NCBI GenBank assembly: GCA_963805475.1
Contig: CAWDUO010000005.1
Location: forward strand, 60,545 to 124,544
Length of the DNA: 64,000 bases
Direction of reading: 5' to 3'
Origin: an uncultured Solirubrobacterales bacterium
Lineage (GTDB): Bacteria; Actinomycetota; Thermoleophilia; Solirubrobacterales; 70-9
Shown here: positions 35,025 to 44,509 of the stretch, in pieces
Layout of the letters: every line of letters starts with the position of its first letter
Position numbering within the stretch: position 1 is the stretch's first letter
Notes under the pieces: model-generated
Told to the model about the DNA's origin: nothing
The model's input: the letters and a program-made list of their open reading frames with translations, nothing else
Databases searched by the model: none
Made by a program: the position numbers and the translations under genes

Positions 35025-36853
35025 CAGGCCTCCTCGGGCTCGCGCCCGTGCCAGGCGGCGAGGACGACGAAGACGACGGCGGTGAAGATCGCCGCCGCCA
35101 GCCAGCGCTGGAGGATGACCATCGCGAAGACGGCCGAGATCGCCAGCGCGGCGAGCGGCGGCCAGGGCGACTTGGAGGGCATCTTCAGCACCTCGTCCCA
35201 ATCGCCGTCGACCGCGGTGCTGGCCGGCGTCTCGTGGCCCCGCTCGAGCGTCTTCACGCCCCACTCGAGGTGGTCGGCGTCGGCTTCGCGGTCCTCCCTG
35301 TCCCACATCGCGTAGGGGCTGGAGACGGTCGGGATGACGGCGTAGTTGTACGCGGGCGGCGGCGAGCTGGTCGACCACTCAAGCGTGTCGCCGCCCCAGG
35401 GGTCGGCGCCGGCCCGCTCGCCGCGGAAGAGGCTGATCGCCAGGTTGGCGGCGACGCTGAGCAGGCCGATCGCCAGCAGGTAGGCGCCGAGCGTCTCGAT
35501 CAGGTTGTAGCTCGTCCAGCCGAGCCCGGCCGAGTAGGTGTAGTCGCGGCGCGGCATCCCCGCCAGCCCGAGCAGGTGCATCGGGAAGAAGGTGACGTTG
35601 GTGCCGACGAAGGTCAGCCAGAAGCTCGCCTGCCCCCAGCGCTCGTGGTACATCCGCCCGGTGACCTTGGGGAACCAGTAGAACATCCCGCCGATCAGCG
35701 GGTAGACGGCGGCGCCGAAGATCACGTAGTGGAAGTGGGCGACGACGTAGTAGGTGTCGGTGAGCTGCTGGTCGAAGGGGATCGCGGCGAAGGTGACGCC
35801 GGAGAGGCCGCCGACGATGAACAGGACGATGAAGCCGACGATCCACAGCAGCGGCGTCTTGAAGCGCGGCGTGCCGGTGACGATCGTCGCGATCCAGGAG
35901 AAGAGCTGGATGCCGCTGGGGATGACGATGATCAGGCTCGCCGCGGCGAAGTAGATCGTCGTCGCGGTCGCCAGGCCGACGGCGAACATGTGGTGCGCCC
36001 AGACGCCGAAGCCGAGGAAGGCGACGAGGATCTCGGCCAGCGCGACGAGCGGGAAGGCGACCATCCGCCGCCGCGTGAAGGTGGGGATGATCGAGGTCGC
36101 GATGCCGAAGGCGGGCAGGATGATGATGTAGACCTCGGGGTGGCCGAAGATCCAGAAGAGGTTCTGCCAGAGGATCGGGTCGCCGCCGAAGGCGGGGGCG
36201 AAGAAGTGCAGGCCGAGCAGCCGTTCGAGCTCGAGCAGGACGAGCGCCGTGTTGAGCGCCGGCAGGGCGAAGACGAGGGCGAAGGAGACGGCGAGGAAGG
36301 CGAAGCAGAAGAGCGGCATCCGGTTCAGCGACATGCCGGGCGCGCGCAGCTTGAACACGGTGACGATCACGTTGATCGCCCCGGCGGTGGTCGAGATGCC
36401 GACGAAGAGCAGCCCGAGCGCGTAGAAGTCGATCCCCGGCCCGGGGCTGTAGGCGCTGGAGGCGAGCGGCACGTAGTCGAACCAACCGGCGCTCGGCGCG
36501 TTGCCGGTGGCGAGGCCGGCGTAGATGAAGATCCCGGCGCAGAGGTAGATCCAGTAGGAGAGCGCGTTCATCCGCGGGAAGGCCATGTCGCGCGCCCCGA
36601 TCATCAGCGGCAGCAGGTAGTTGCCGAAGGCGCCGAGCGAGATCGGGATGACGAAGAGGAAGATCATCGTCACCCCGTGCATCGTCATCGCTTCGTTGAA
36701 GGTCGCCGGGTCGAGCGTCGACTGGTTGGGCCCGATCAGCTGGGTGCGGATCAGCAGCGCCTCGACGCCGCCGGCGAGGAAGAAGGCGAGCGCGGTGAAG
36801 AAGTAGAGGATGCCGATCCGCTTGTGGTCGACCGTGGTCAGCCAGCCGAGCAC
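35024..36853 (-). CDS. ctaD: Cytochrome c oxidase subunit I (intact ORF from GTG 36853; may originally start at GTG 36929)
   Basis: WLTTVDHKRIGILYF, haem/CuB ligands (...WAHHMF..., ...HFHYV...). A GTG at 36929 overlaps the ctaC stop, and its frame joins this one if a base near 36854 is removed. Confidence 0.92.
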   Translation of the reverse strand: MLGWLTTVDHKRIGILYFFTALAFFLAGGVEALLIRTQLIGPNQSTLDPATFNEAMTMHGVTMIFLFVIPISLGAFGNYLLPLMIGARDMAFPRMNALSYWIYLCAGIFIYAGLATGNAPSAGWFDYVPLASSAYSPGPGIDFYALGLLFVGISTTAGAINVIVTVFKLRAPGMSLNRMPLFCFAFLAVSFALVFALPALNTALVLLELERLLGLHFFAPAFGGDPILWQNLFWIFGHPEVYIIILPAFGIATSIIPTFTRRRMVAFPLVALAEILVAFLGFGVWAHHMFAVGLATATTIYFAAASLIIVIPSGIQLFSWIATIVTGTPRFKTPLLWIVGFIVLFIVGGLSGVTFAAIPFDQQLTDTYYVVAHFHYVIFGAAVYPLIGGMFYWFPKVTGRMYHERWGQASFWLTFVGTNVTFFPMHLLGLAGMPRRDYTYSAGLGWTSYNLIETLGAYLLAIGLLSVAANLAISLFRGERAGADPWGGDTLEWSTSSPPPAYNYAVIPTVSSPYAMWDREDREADADHLEWGVKTLERGHETPASTAVDGDWDEVLKMPSKSPWPPLAALAISAVFAMVILQRWLAAAIFTAVVFVVLAAWHGREPEEA

Positions 36854-36928
36854 GCCCGGCGGTCTCCTCCCAGATCCGGCCGAGCCGTTCGGTGCGGGTG
36901 CGCGCGGCGGGCGGTGCGGCGGCCTCCA

Positions 36929-37861
36929 CTACCGCAGCTCCGAGAGGTAGGCGACGATGGCGTGGAAGCGGGCGGCGCCGAGGCCCAGCCCCGGCATCTT
37001 GTCGCCCGGCTTGATGCTCTGCGGGTTGCGGACCCAGCGGAAGAGGTTGCGCGGCGTGTTGGCGATCGTGTCGGCGGCGAGCGTCTGACGGCTCGCCACG
37101 TGGGTCAGGTTCGGCCCGACCGTGCCACGGGCTTCGGTGCCGGCGATCGTGTGGCAGGAGGCGCAGGCGTCTTCCATGAACAGCCGCCGCCCGCGCCGCG
37201 CCGGCGGCCTCGCCGGCTCACGCGCCGGCCGTTCTGCGTGCGCCAGCCATTCGCGGAAGCGGGCCGGCGGTTCGGCGTACACGCGGAATCCCATGTGGGC
37301 GTGCTGGAGACCGCAGAACTCGGCGCACTGCCCCCGGTAGACGCCCGCTTCTTCGGCGTACAGCTCGATGCTGTTCGCCAGCCCGGGGATCATGTCGATC
37401 TTGCGGTTCAGCTCCGGCACCCAGAAGGAGTGGATGACGTCGGCGCTGCGGGCGACGAGGTCGATGCGGGTGCGGTCGGGGATGTGGATCTCGTTGGCGG
37501 TGACGGCTTTGGAGCCGCCGTATTCGACCTGCCACCACCACTGGTGGCCGGTCACGGTCACGGTCATCGCCGTCTCGCTCGCCTTCGGAGCGTCGGTTTC
37601 CTGCATCAACACGAGGTCGGAGACGACGAAGAGGGCGGCGAGGACGACGATCGGGATCGCGATGCCGAAGGCGACGACGAGCGCCGTGTTCGCCCGTTCG
37701 CTCTCACCCAGCAGCGGCAGGCCGGGCGTGTCGCGGCGCAGCCAGCCGAGCGCCAGCATCGCGACGGCGCCGAGGAAGACGATCCCGGCGACGACCAGCA
37801 TCCACCACCAGAGCGTGGCGATGTGATGCGCGGCGGGGCTGTGGGGGTCCAGTGGCGACAC
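36929..37861 (-). CDS. ctaC: Cytochrome c oxidase subunit II with C-terminal cytochrome c domain (caa3-type)
   Basis: CuA motif HSFWVPE...CAEFCGLQHAHM, and a C-terminal CASCH haem c site. Confidence 0.92.
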   Translation of the reverse strand: MSPLDPHSPAAHHIATLWWWMLVVAGIVFLGAVAMLALGWLRRDTPGLPLLGESERANTALVVAFGIAIPIVVLAALFVVSDLVLMQETDAPKASETAMTVTVTGHQWWWQVEYGGSKAVTANEIHIPDRTRIDLVARSADVIHSFWVPELNRKIDMIPGLANSIELYAEEAGVYRGQCAEFCGLQHAHMGFRVYAEPPARFREWLAHAERPAREPARPPARRGRRLFMEDACASCHTIAGTEARGTVGPNLTHVASRQTLAADTIANTPRNLFRWVRNPQSIKPGDKMPGLGLGAARFHAIVAYLSELR

Positions 37862-37937
37862 GTCCGGCTCCCCGCCCTCGGGTCAGGCGGGGGCGGGCAC
37901 GGGCTCACCTACCCAGAAGGCCGACGGTTATGCGTCG

Positions 37938-37980
37938 GCGTTCGCTGTTTGTCGAGCTCAGGCCGACAAAAGGCGAACGC
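37938..37980. repeat. Family-C palindromic element, copy 2 (imperfect arms)
   Basis: GCGTTCGCTGTTTGTCG ... CCGACAAAAGGCGAACGC. Ends one base before the STAS gene stop codon. Confidence 0.75.
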
Positions 37981-38352
37981 TCAGCCGCGCAGCTCGGCGA
38001 GGGCCGCGTCGCGGCTCTCGTGCAGCGAGATCTGCGATTCGACGCCGGTGATCTGCAGCAGGCGGCGCACCTGGTGGTTGTGCGAGCAGAGCACGAAGCG
38101 CCCCTGCCCGTCGCCGCCGGCGTCGCGGTCGAGGCGCTGCCAGGAGCGCACGACCAGCGCGATCCCGGTCGAGTCGATGAACTCGCAGTCGCAGAGGTCG
38201 AGCATCACGGCGGCGGTCGGCTCGGCGAGCGCCGCGTCGAGCTCGCGCTCGAGCTGCGGCGCGGTGCTCATGTCGAGCTCGCCGCTTACCGAGATCGCGT
38301 TTATCCCGTCGTCGAGCAGCTCCCTCCTCACTGCAAACGGGGCGGGCTTCAC
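37981..38352 (-). CDS. STAS-domain anti-sigma-factor antagonist (RsbV/SpoIIAA-like)
   Basis: 123 aa. ISVSGELDMSTAPQLERELD...DLCDCEFIDSTGIALVV, where the DST serine is the expected phosphosite. Confidence 0.85.
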   Translation of the reverse strand: MKPAPFAVRRELLDDGINAISVSGELDMSTAPQLERELDAALAEPTAAVMLDLCDCEFIDSTGIALVVRSWQRLDRDAGGDGQGRFVLCSHNHQVRRLLQITGVESQISLHESRDAALAELRG

Positions 38353-38546
38353 GCGGCGATCCTACATGAGCGAGCTAAAGCAAAATCCGCTGGATCGGGG
38401 GGTTTCGGCCCTCGGGCGGAGGGTAGCCGGGAGGACCGATGCCCGGGGGCTATGCTCGGGCGCCGCGGGGGAGCTAGGTTCCCCAGCGGAAGAGTGGCTT
38501 CATGCCAGAGAGCTCGACCATCAACGACAAGCCGAGGGGGCTGCAG

Positions 38547-39356
38547 ATGACGCTGCCGGCCAAGGCCGAGAACGTCGCCGTCGTGCGTCACGCCCTCGCC
38601 GGGCTGGCGGAGGAGATCGGGATGGACGAACCAGGGCTGGCCGATCTGAAGACCGTCGTCACCGAGGCCTGCATGAACGTCGCCGTCCACGCCTACGAGG
38701 GCGGACCCGGTCCCCTGACGGTCGAGGCCCTGCCGGACGAGGACGGCCTGACGGTGACCGTGCGCGACGAGGGCGTCGGCATCCAGCCGCAGGCCGACGT
38801 CGAGCGGGGCAGCCTGCGGCTCGGGCTCTCGCTGATCGCCGCGCTCTCGACCAGCTTCGCGATCTCAGGCGGCGTGGGCGCCGGGACCGAGGTGAAGATG
38901 CGCCTGCCCCTGCACGGCGGTGCGGCCGGCAGCGTCGACGGCGACCCGGTGAGGATGGAGGCCGACCTGCGCGAGACGACCGAGCTGGTCACCGATCGGC
39001 CGGAGCTGCTCGGGCCGGTGCTCGCCCGCATCGTCGGCGCCCTGGCCGCCCGCCGCGAGCTCTCGGTGGACCGCCTCTCCGACGCCGTTCTGGTCACCGA
39101 CGCGATCGCCGCCGCGGCGCCCGCGCGCTTCGCCGACGGCCGCGTCAAGCTCGGCCTCGAGGACGGCGGCGAGGGGATCGCCCTGCGGATCGGGCCGATG
39201 GACCCCGGGGACGCCGCCGCGATCCGCCGCGAGCTCGAAGTGCCCGACGTCGGCGGCTCGCTGGAGGCGCTGGTCGACGAGCTGGCGATCGAGGAGGGCG
39301 ACGACGGCGAGCACCTCGTCATTCGCTTCTCTGCTGCTCGGCGATCCGCTCCCTGA
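38547..39356 (+). CDS. RsbW-like anti-sigma serine kinase with ~140-aa C-terminal extension of unknown function
   Basis: ATG 38547 is preceded by GAGGGGG (the open frame starts at 38502). N-box TEACMNVAVHAY and G-box VRDEGVGI. I do not recognise the C-terminal half. Confidence 0.7.
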   Translation: MTLPAKAENVAVVRHALAGLAEEIGMDEPGLADLKTVVTEACMNVAVHAYEGGPGPLTVEALPDEDGLTVTVRDEGVGIQPQADVERGSLRLGLSLIAALSTSFAISGGVGAGTEVKMRLPLHGGAAGSVDGDPVRMEADLRETTELVTDRPELLGPVLARIVGALAARRELSVDRLSDAVLVTDAIAAAAPARFADGRVKLGLEDGGEGIALRIGPMDPGDAAAIRRELEVPDVGGSLEALVDELAIEEGDDGEHLVIRFSAARRSAP

Positions 39357-40089
39357 TCCGGGCGAGCGCCCGCCGCAGGATGCGCGAGACGTGCATCTGC
39401 GAGTGGCCGATCCGCTCGGCGATCTGCGACTGCGTCATGTCCTCGGCGAAGCGCAGCCGGAGCACCAGGCGCTCGCGGTCGTCGAGGTAGGGGAGGGCGG
39501 CCTCGAGCGCGATCCGCCCCTCGACCAGCTCGAAGGCATCGTCCTCTTCGCCGATCCACTCGGTCGGCGAAGACTCCTCGGAGTCCTCGGAGCCGGCCGG
39601 GCGGTCGAGCGAGAGCGGCCGGCGGTTGTGATTGGCCTCCATGACCTCGAGCACGTCGGTCTGCTCGACCTCGAGCCGCTCGGCGATCTCGCCGATCGAG
39701 GGCGAGCGCTGCAGCCGCTTGGTCAGCTCGGTGATCGCTTTGTCGACTTCGGCCATGCGGTCGTGCAGGCCGCGCGGCACGCGCACCGTCCAGACGCGAT
39801 CGCGGAAGTGGCGTTTCAGCTCGCCGAGGATCGTCGGCGAGGCGAAGGCGGTGAAGGGGATGCCGCGCTCGGGGTCGAAGCGGTCGACCGCGCCCAGCAG
39901 GCCGACGTGGGCGACCTGCAGCAGATCGTCGAAGGACTCGCTGGCGCCGCGGTAGCGGAGCGCCAGCCGCTTCGCGAAGTCCATGTTCCGGCGCACCAGC
40001 TCTTCCCGGATCGCCGGGTCACGCTCGCGGGCAAAACGCCGCCACAGCTCGGAGTCTTTCTCTATCGCGTAGTCGCCCGGCGAGTCCAT
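39319..40089 (-). CDS. RNA polymerase sigma factor, SigB/SigF-type (group 3)
   Basis: 256 aa from MDSPGDYAIE. Region 2 is DLLQVAHVGLLGAVDRFDPERGIPFTAFASPTILGELKRHFRD. Region 4 HTH is SQIAERIGHSQMHVSRILRRAL. Confidence 0.88.
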   Translation of the reverse strand: MDSPGDYAIEKDSELWRRFARERDPAIREELVRRNMDFAKRLALRYRGASESFDDLLQVAHVGLLGAVDRFDPERGIPFTAFASPTILGELKRHFRDRVWTVRVPRGLHDRMAEVDKAITELTKRLQRSPSIGEIAERLEVEQTDVLEVMEANHNRRPLSLDRPAGSEDSEESSPTEWIGEEDDAFELVEGRIALEAALPYLDDRERLVLRLRFAEDMTQSQIAERIGHSQMHVSRILRRALARIRERIAEQQRSE

Positions 40090-40125
40090 CTCATACCCGT
40101 GTGCGGCGCCGTCGAAACGGCGTTT

Positions 40126-40161
40126 CCGGCTTTTTCCACGCCATAGGGTGGAAAAAGCCGG
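40126..40161. repeat. Family-B palindromic element, copy 2 (14-bp arms)
   Basis: CCGGCTTTTTCCAC (40126-40139), 8-nt loop, GTGGAAAAAGCCGG (40148-40161). Lies in the divergent spacer between the sigma factor and GH15 genes. Confidence 0.75.
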
Positions 40162-40200
40162 GATCGGTTTGCCGACCACGGCGCAGGGTACGCGGCCGGC

Positions 40201-42036
40201 GTGAGCTCCTACCCGCCGCTGGCGGCCTACGGGCTGATCGGGGACCGGCGCAGCGCGGCGCTGGTCTCCGCCGGCGGCTCGGTCGACTGGTGCTGCCTGC
40301 CGCGCTTCGACTCGGGGTCCGTGTTCGGGCGGCTGCTCGACTGGGAGCGCGGCGGCCGCTTCGCGATCGAGGCGCCGGGGGCGGAGTGCGAGCAGCGCTA
40401 CCTCGAGCGGACGCTGGTGCTGGAGACGCGCCTGCGCGGCGAGGGCGGCGAGGCCCGCCTGCTGGACTTCTTCGCTCCGCCGGAGGGGCGGGAGGGCCCG
40501 CGGATCCTCCGCATCCTCGAGGGCGTCTCCGGCTCGCTGGAGCTGCAGGCGCACTTCGAGCCGCGCTTCGACTACGGCCAGGTGAAGCCGTGGCTGCGCG
40601 GCGCCGGGGAGGACGGGAACCTGTTCGCGGCGATCGGCGGCGACGACGGCCTGGTCCTGCGCAGCGAGGTCGAGCTCGAGTTCGGCGACCGCCACACGCT
40701 GAGCGGCACGGCGACGATCGACCAGGGCGAGCGCCTGCGCTTCGAGCTCGCCTACCGCCGGCCGGTCGAGCTCGACTCGCTTGCGCAGCTGGAGCCGCTC
40801 GACCCCGGCGCGGTCGACGCCTGCCTCGAGCGCACCTGCGAGTGGTGGCGCGAGTGGGGCCGCTGCGCCCAGGGGGAGGTCGTCAACGCCTTCCCGGGGG
40901 CGATGCGCTCGGCGCTGACGCTGAAGGCGCTCTCCTTCGAGCCGACCGGGGCGATCGCCGCCGCGGCGACCACCTCGCTGCCGGAGGTGCGCCAGCTGAG
41001 CGGCGAGCGCAACTGGGACTACCGCTACAGCTGGGTGCGCGACTCGGCGATGACCGTGCGCTCGCTGGCCGAGCTGGGCTGCGAGCGCGACGCCGACGCC
41101 TTCCGCCGCTTCATCGAGCGCAGCGCCGCCGGCAACGCCGAGGACCTGCAGATCCTCTTCGGCATCGGCGGCGAGCGGCGGCTCGCCGAGCAGGAGGTCG
41201 AGGGGCTCGAGGGCTGGAACGGCTCGCGCCCGGTGCGGGTCGGCAATCAGGCCGCCGGGCAGCTCCAGCTCGACGCCTTCGGCCAGATCGTCGACCAGAG
41301 CTGGCGCTGGCACGAGCGCGGCAACTCCCCCGACCACGACTACTGGGCCTTCGTCGCCGACCTCGTCGACACGGTAGCCGAGCGCTGGGAGGACCGCGAC
41401 AAGGGAATTTGGGAGTGGCGGGGGGAGCCGCGCCACTTCGTCCACTCCAAGGCGCTGTCGTGGTCGGCCCTCGACCGCGGCGTCAAGCTGGCAGAGGACA
41501 CCGGCAGGCAGGTCCCGGACGGTTGGCGCGAGGCGCGTGAGCGGGTCCGCGCCGCGGTGGAGAGCGAGGGCTACGACGAAGACCGCGGGATCTTCCGCAT
41601 GGCCTTCGGCCACGACGACCACGACGCGGCGCTGCTGCGCCTGCCCGCGGCCGGCTTCTGCGCCTGGGACGACGAGCGCATGGTTCGCACCGCGGACGCC
41701 CTGCGCGAGGCGCTCGACCTCGGCGGCGGCCTGCTGCGCCGCTACGACGCCGACGACGGGATGCCGCCCGAGGGCGCCTTCCTCGCCTGCTCGTTCTGGC
41801 TCACCACCTGCCTCGCCCGCCAGGGCCGTGAGGAGGAGGCCCGCCAGGTCTTCGAGCGCGCCGAGGCGACCGCCAACGGCCTCGGCCTGTTCTCCGAGGA
41901 GTACGACCCCGAAGCCGAGCGCATGCTCGGCAACTTCCCCCAGGCCCTGACGCACCTCTCGCACATAGAGGCGGCGGTGGCTCTCACGCGGGTAGGCTCT
42001 CGAAGGATCTTCAAATCGAGACAAGGAGCTGACTGA
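40201..42036 (+). CDS. Glycoside hydrolase family 15 (glucoamylase/trehalase-like)
   Basis: 611 aa. [42 protein letters not shown] and C-terminal FSEEYDP...[10 protein letters not shown] are GH15 hallmarks. Confidence 0.85.
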   Translation: MSSYPPLAAYGLIGDRRSAALVSAGGSVDWCCLPRFDSGSVFGRLLDWERGGRFAIEAPGAECEQRYLERTLVLETRLRGEGGEARLLDFFAPPEGREGPRILRILEGVSGSLELQAHFEPRFDYGQVKPWLRGAGEDGNLFAAIGGDDGLVLRSEVELEFGDRHTLSGTATIDQGERLRFELAYRRPVELDSLAQLEPLDPGAVDACLERTCEWWREWGRCAQGEVVNAFPGAMRSALTLKALSFEPTGAIAAAATTSLPEVRQLSGERNWDYRYSWVRDSAMTVRSLAELGCERDADAFRRFIERSAAGNAEDLQILFGIGGERRLAEQEVEGLEGWNGSRPVRVGNQAAGQLQLDAFGQIVDQSWRWHERGNSPDHDYWAFVADLVDTVAERWEDRDKGIWEWRGEPRHFVHSKALSWSALDRGVKLAEDTGRQVPDGWREARERVRAAVESEGYDEDRGIFRMAFGHDDHDAALLRLPAAGFCAWDDERMVRTADALREALDLGGGLLRRYDADDGMPPEGAFLACSFWLTTCLARQGREEEARQVFERAEATANGLGLFSEEYDPEAERMLGNFPQALTHLSHIEAAVALTRVGSRRIFKSRQGAD

Positions 42037-42635
42037 TGGCCTTCACCGTCCCCGATCTCCCCTACGGTTACGACGCGCTCGAGCCGCACATCGACGAGGA
42101 AACGATGCGCGTCCACCACGACAAGCACCACCAGGCCTACGTCACGAAAGCGAACGAAGCGCTGGAGGGGACCGAGTGGGCCGACCGCGAGATCGAGGAC
42201 GTGCTGCGCAACCTCAGCGCCATTCCCGGCGAGGTGCAGGGCCCGGTGCGCAACAACGGCGGCGGCCACTTCAACCACTCGCTGTTCTGGCAGATGCTCA
42301 GCCCCGACGGCCGCGGCGCGCCGGGCGGCGAGCTGGGCAGCGCGATAGAGGCGACCTTCGGCTCCTTCGACTCGTTCAAGGACGAGTTCAAAAAAGCGGC
42401 GCTGGGCCGCTTCGGCTCCGGCTGGGCCTGGCTGGTCAAGGACAGCTCCGGCCTCGCCGTCGTCTCGACGCCGAACCAGGACTCGCCGGTGCTCGACGGC
42501 AGCGTGCCGCTGCTCGGCTGCGACGTCTGGGAGCACGCCTACTACCTCAAGTACCAGAACAAGCGCCCCGACTACGTGGACGCGTTCTGGAACGTCGTGA
42601 ACTGGCCCTTCGTGGAAAGCCGGTTCGCGGAGTAG
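42036..42635 (+). CDS. sodA: Superoxide dismutase [Fe/Mn]
   Basis: [25 protein letters not shown] ... DVWEHAYYL. The start overlaps the GH15 stop (TGATG). Confidence 0.95.
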   Translation: MAFTVPDLPYGYDALEPHIDEETMRVHHDKHHQAYVTKANEALEGTEWADREIEDVLRNLSAIPGEVQGPVRNNGGGHFNHSLFWQMLSPDGRGAPGGELGSAIEATFGSFDSFKDEFKKAALGRFGSGWAWLVKDSSGLAVVSTPNQDSPVLDGSVPLLGCDVWEHAYYLKYQNKRPDYVDAFWNVVNWPFVESRFAE

Positions 42636-44273
42636 CTACGCGACCTGGGCGGGACGCGCGGCCTCGGGGAGGTCGCGCGTCGCCGCGCCCTCCTTCGGCG
42701 GGATCTGGCCGATCGCGTTCTCGGCCATCGCGGTGATCGTCAGGCTGGGGTTGACGCCGACGTTGGCGGGGATCGCGGAGCCGTCGCAGACGATCAGGTT
42801 CTCGTAGCCGAAGACCCGCTGGCGGGCGTCGACGACGCCGTCCTCGGGGCCGTGGCCGATCGCCGCGCCGCCGAGGATGTGGGCGGTCGTCGGCACGTTC
42901 AGCGTCGCCTCCATGACCGAGCTCTGGGCGATCCCGCCGGTGCGCTCGGCGAACCATTCGGCCGCCTCGTTGGCGACCGGGATGAAGGTCGGGTTGGGCC
43001 GCTCGGGGTCCTGCTCGGTCTGCAGCCGCACCTCGCCGTTGCGCTTCAGCCGCGGTCGCAGGGCGATCGCGTTGTCGAGCGTCTGCATGACGAGCAGGAT
43101 GATCGTGCGGTGCGAGGTGCCGAACGGCCACAGCACCCTGGCGAAGTCGACCGGGTGGCGGACGATCTGGGCGAGCAGCTTCAGCGGCCGCGTGACCCGC
43201 GTCCCGTCGCCGACCAGCAGCGTGTTCAGGGTGCTCATCGAGTCGCCCGCCCTGCCGTAGGTGACGGTCTCGATGTGGGTGTGGGGGTCGGGGTAGATGC
43301 TCGAGGTGATCGCGACTCGGCTGCTCAGGTCCTCGGGGTAGTCGGGCGGCACGCGGACGGCGAGGATGCTCTCGCTGTTGGTCCGCACCAGCTCGCCGAG
43401 GCGCGGCGAGATCCTCGGCAGCGAGCCGCCGAGGCGGCAGCGCTGGAGCAGCTTGTTGGTGCCGAGCGGGCCGGCGGCGACGATCACGCCGCGGGCGGTC
43501 AGGGTGTGCTTGCGGCGGCCGCGCAGCATCCCCGAGCGCTCGCTGGTCACCGCGTAGCCGTCGCCGCCGTCGGCGGCGCCGAGCGGCCGGATGTCGGTGA
43601 CGGTGCGCTCGGGCTGCACCTCGACCCCGCGGTGCTCGGCCAGCCAGAGGTAGTTCTTGACCAGCGTGTTCTTCGCCCCGTGCGGGCAGCCGACCATGCA
43701 GCGGCCGCACTGCTTGCAGCCGGTGCGCTCCGGTCCCTCGCCTTCGAAGTAGGGGTCGGCGACGGTCTGGCCGGGGTTGTCGAGGTAGACCCCGACGGGG
43801 GTCTTGCGGTAGGTGTCGCCGACACCCAGCTCCTCGCCGAGCTCGCGCAGCAGCTGGTCCGCCGGGTCGTCGCGGTCGTGGACGGTGACGCCGAGCATCC
43901 GCTGCGCGGTCTCGTAGTGGGGCATCAGGCGCGCCTGCCAGTCGTCGAGGTCGGCCCACTGCGGGTCTTCGAAGAACTGGGCGGGGGGGACGTAGAGCGT
44001 GTTCGCGTAGCCGAGGCTGCCGCCGCCGACCCCGCAGCCGCTGACCACGGCGACGTCGCGGAACAGGCTCAGCCGGAAGATCCCCTTCATCCCCAGGCGC
44101 GGCGCCCAGAAGTAGCGCCGGCTGTCCCAGGTCGAGGAGGGGAAGTCGTCGTCGCCGAACCGCTTGCCGCACTCGACCACGGCGACGTCGTAGCCCTTTT
44201 CGGCCAGGCGCAGCGCCGAGACGCTGCCGCCGAAGCCAGAGCCCACAACTATCCAGTCGTAGTCGTAGGTCAA
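42636..44273 (-). CDS. GMC-family FAD oxidoreductase (cholesterol-oxidase-like)
   Basis: 545 aa. N-terminal WIVVGSGFGGSVSALRLAEKG dinucleotide fold, and C-terminal DGSAIPANVGVNPSLTI. Confidence 0.85.
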   Translation of the reverse strand: MTYDYDWIVVGSGFGGSVSALRLAEKGYDVAVVECGKRFGDDDFPSSTWDSRRYFWAPRLGMKGIFRLSLFRDVAVVSGCGVGGGSLGYANTLYVPPAQFFEDPQWADLDDWQARLMPHYETAQRMLGVTVHDRDDPADQLLRELGEELGVGDTYRKTPVGVYLDNPGQTVADPYFEGEGPERTGCKQCGRCMVGCPHGAKNTLVKNYLWLAEHRGVEVQPERTVTDIRPLGAADGGDGYAVTSERSGMLRGRRKHTLTARGVIVAAGPLGTNKLLQRCRLGGSLPRISPRLGELVRTNSESILAVRVPPDYPEDLSSRVAITSSIYPDPHTHIETVTYGRAGDSMSTLNTLLVGDGTRVTRPLKLLAQIVRHPVDFARVLWPFGTSHRTIILLVMQTLDNAIALRPRLKRNGEVRLQTEQDPERPNPTFIPVANEAAEWFAERTGGIAQSSVMEATLNVPTTAHILGGAAIGHGPEDGVVDARQRVFGYENLIVCDGSAIPANVGVNPSLTITAMAENAIGQIPPKEGAATRDLPEAARPAQVA

Positions 44274-44292
44274 GGCGGGGTTTTCCCTCGGC

Positions 44293-44487
44293 TCAGGCCT
44301 CGCCCGGCTCGAGCGGGCGGAAGTCGCTGGTCCGCGCTCCGCAGACGGGGCAGAACCAGTCGCCGGGGATGTCCTCGAACGGCGTTCCGGGCGGGATGCC
44401 GCCGTCGGGGTCGCCGACCGCCGGGTCGTAGATGAAGCCGCAGCTTTCGCAGATCCACTGCGTCGTCTCGGTGGTCGTCGCGCTCAT
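44293..44487 (-). CDS. Rubredoxin
   Basis: 64 aa. [12 protein letters not shown]...WFCPVCGA gives two CxxCG knuckles. Confidence 0.93.
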   Translation of the reverse strand: MSATTTETTQWICESCGFIYDPAVGDPDGGIPPGTPFEDIPGDWFCPVCGARTSDFRPLEPGEA

Positions 44488-44509
44488 GGCCGAAGCTTAG
44501 GGAACCGGG

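Noticed and set aside
35048-39490. 1480-aa plus-strand ORF. Similar giants occur at 4309-6933 (+), 302-1684 (-), 51731-53650 (+) and 22653-25964 (+).
   Set aside because: The translations are Arg/Gly/Ala/Pro/Asp-rich with no motifs. They run antisense to well-supported conserved genes. This is the expected long-ORF artefact of very high G+C DNA.
42636-44487. Rubredoxin plus oxidoreductase as an alkane-hydroxylase system.
   Set aside because: There is no alkB-type membrane hydroxylase and no rubredoxin reductase in the neighbourhood. The partner is a GMC flavoenzyme.
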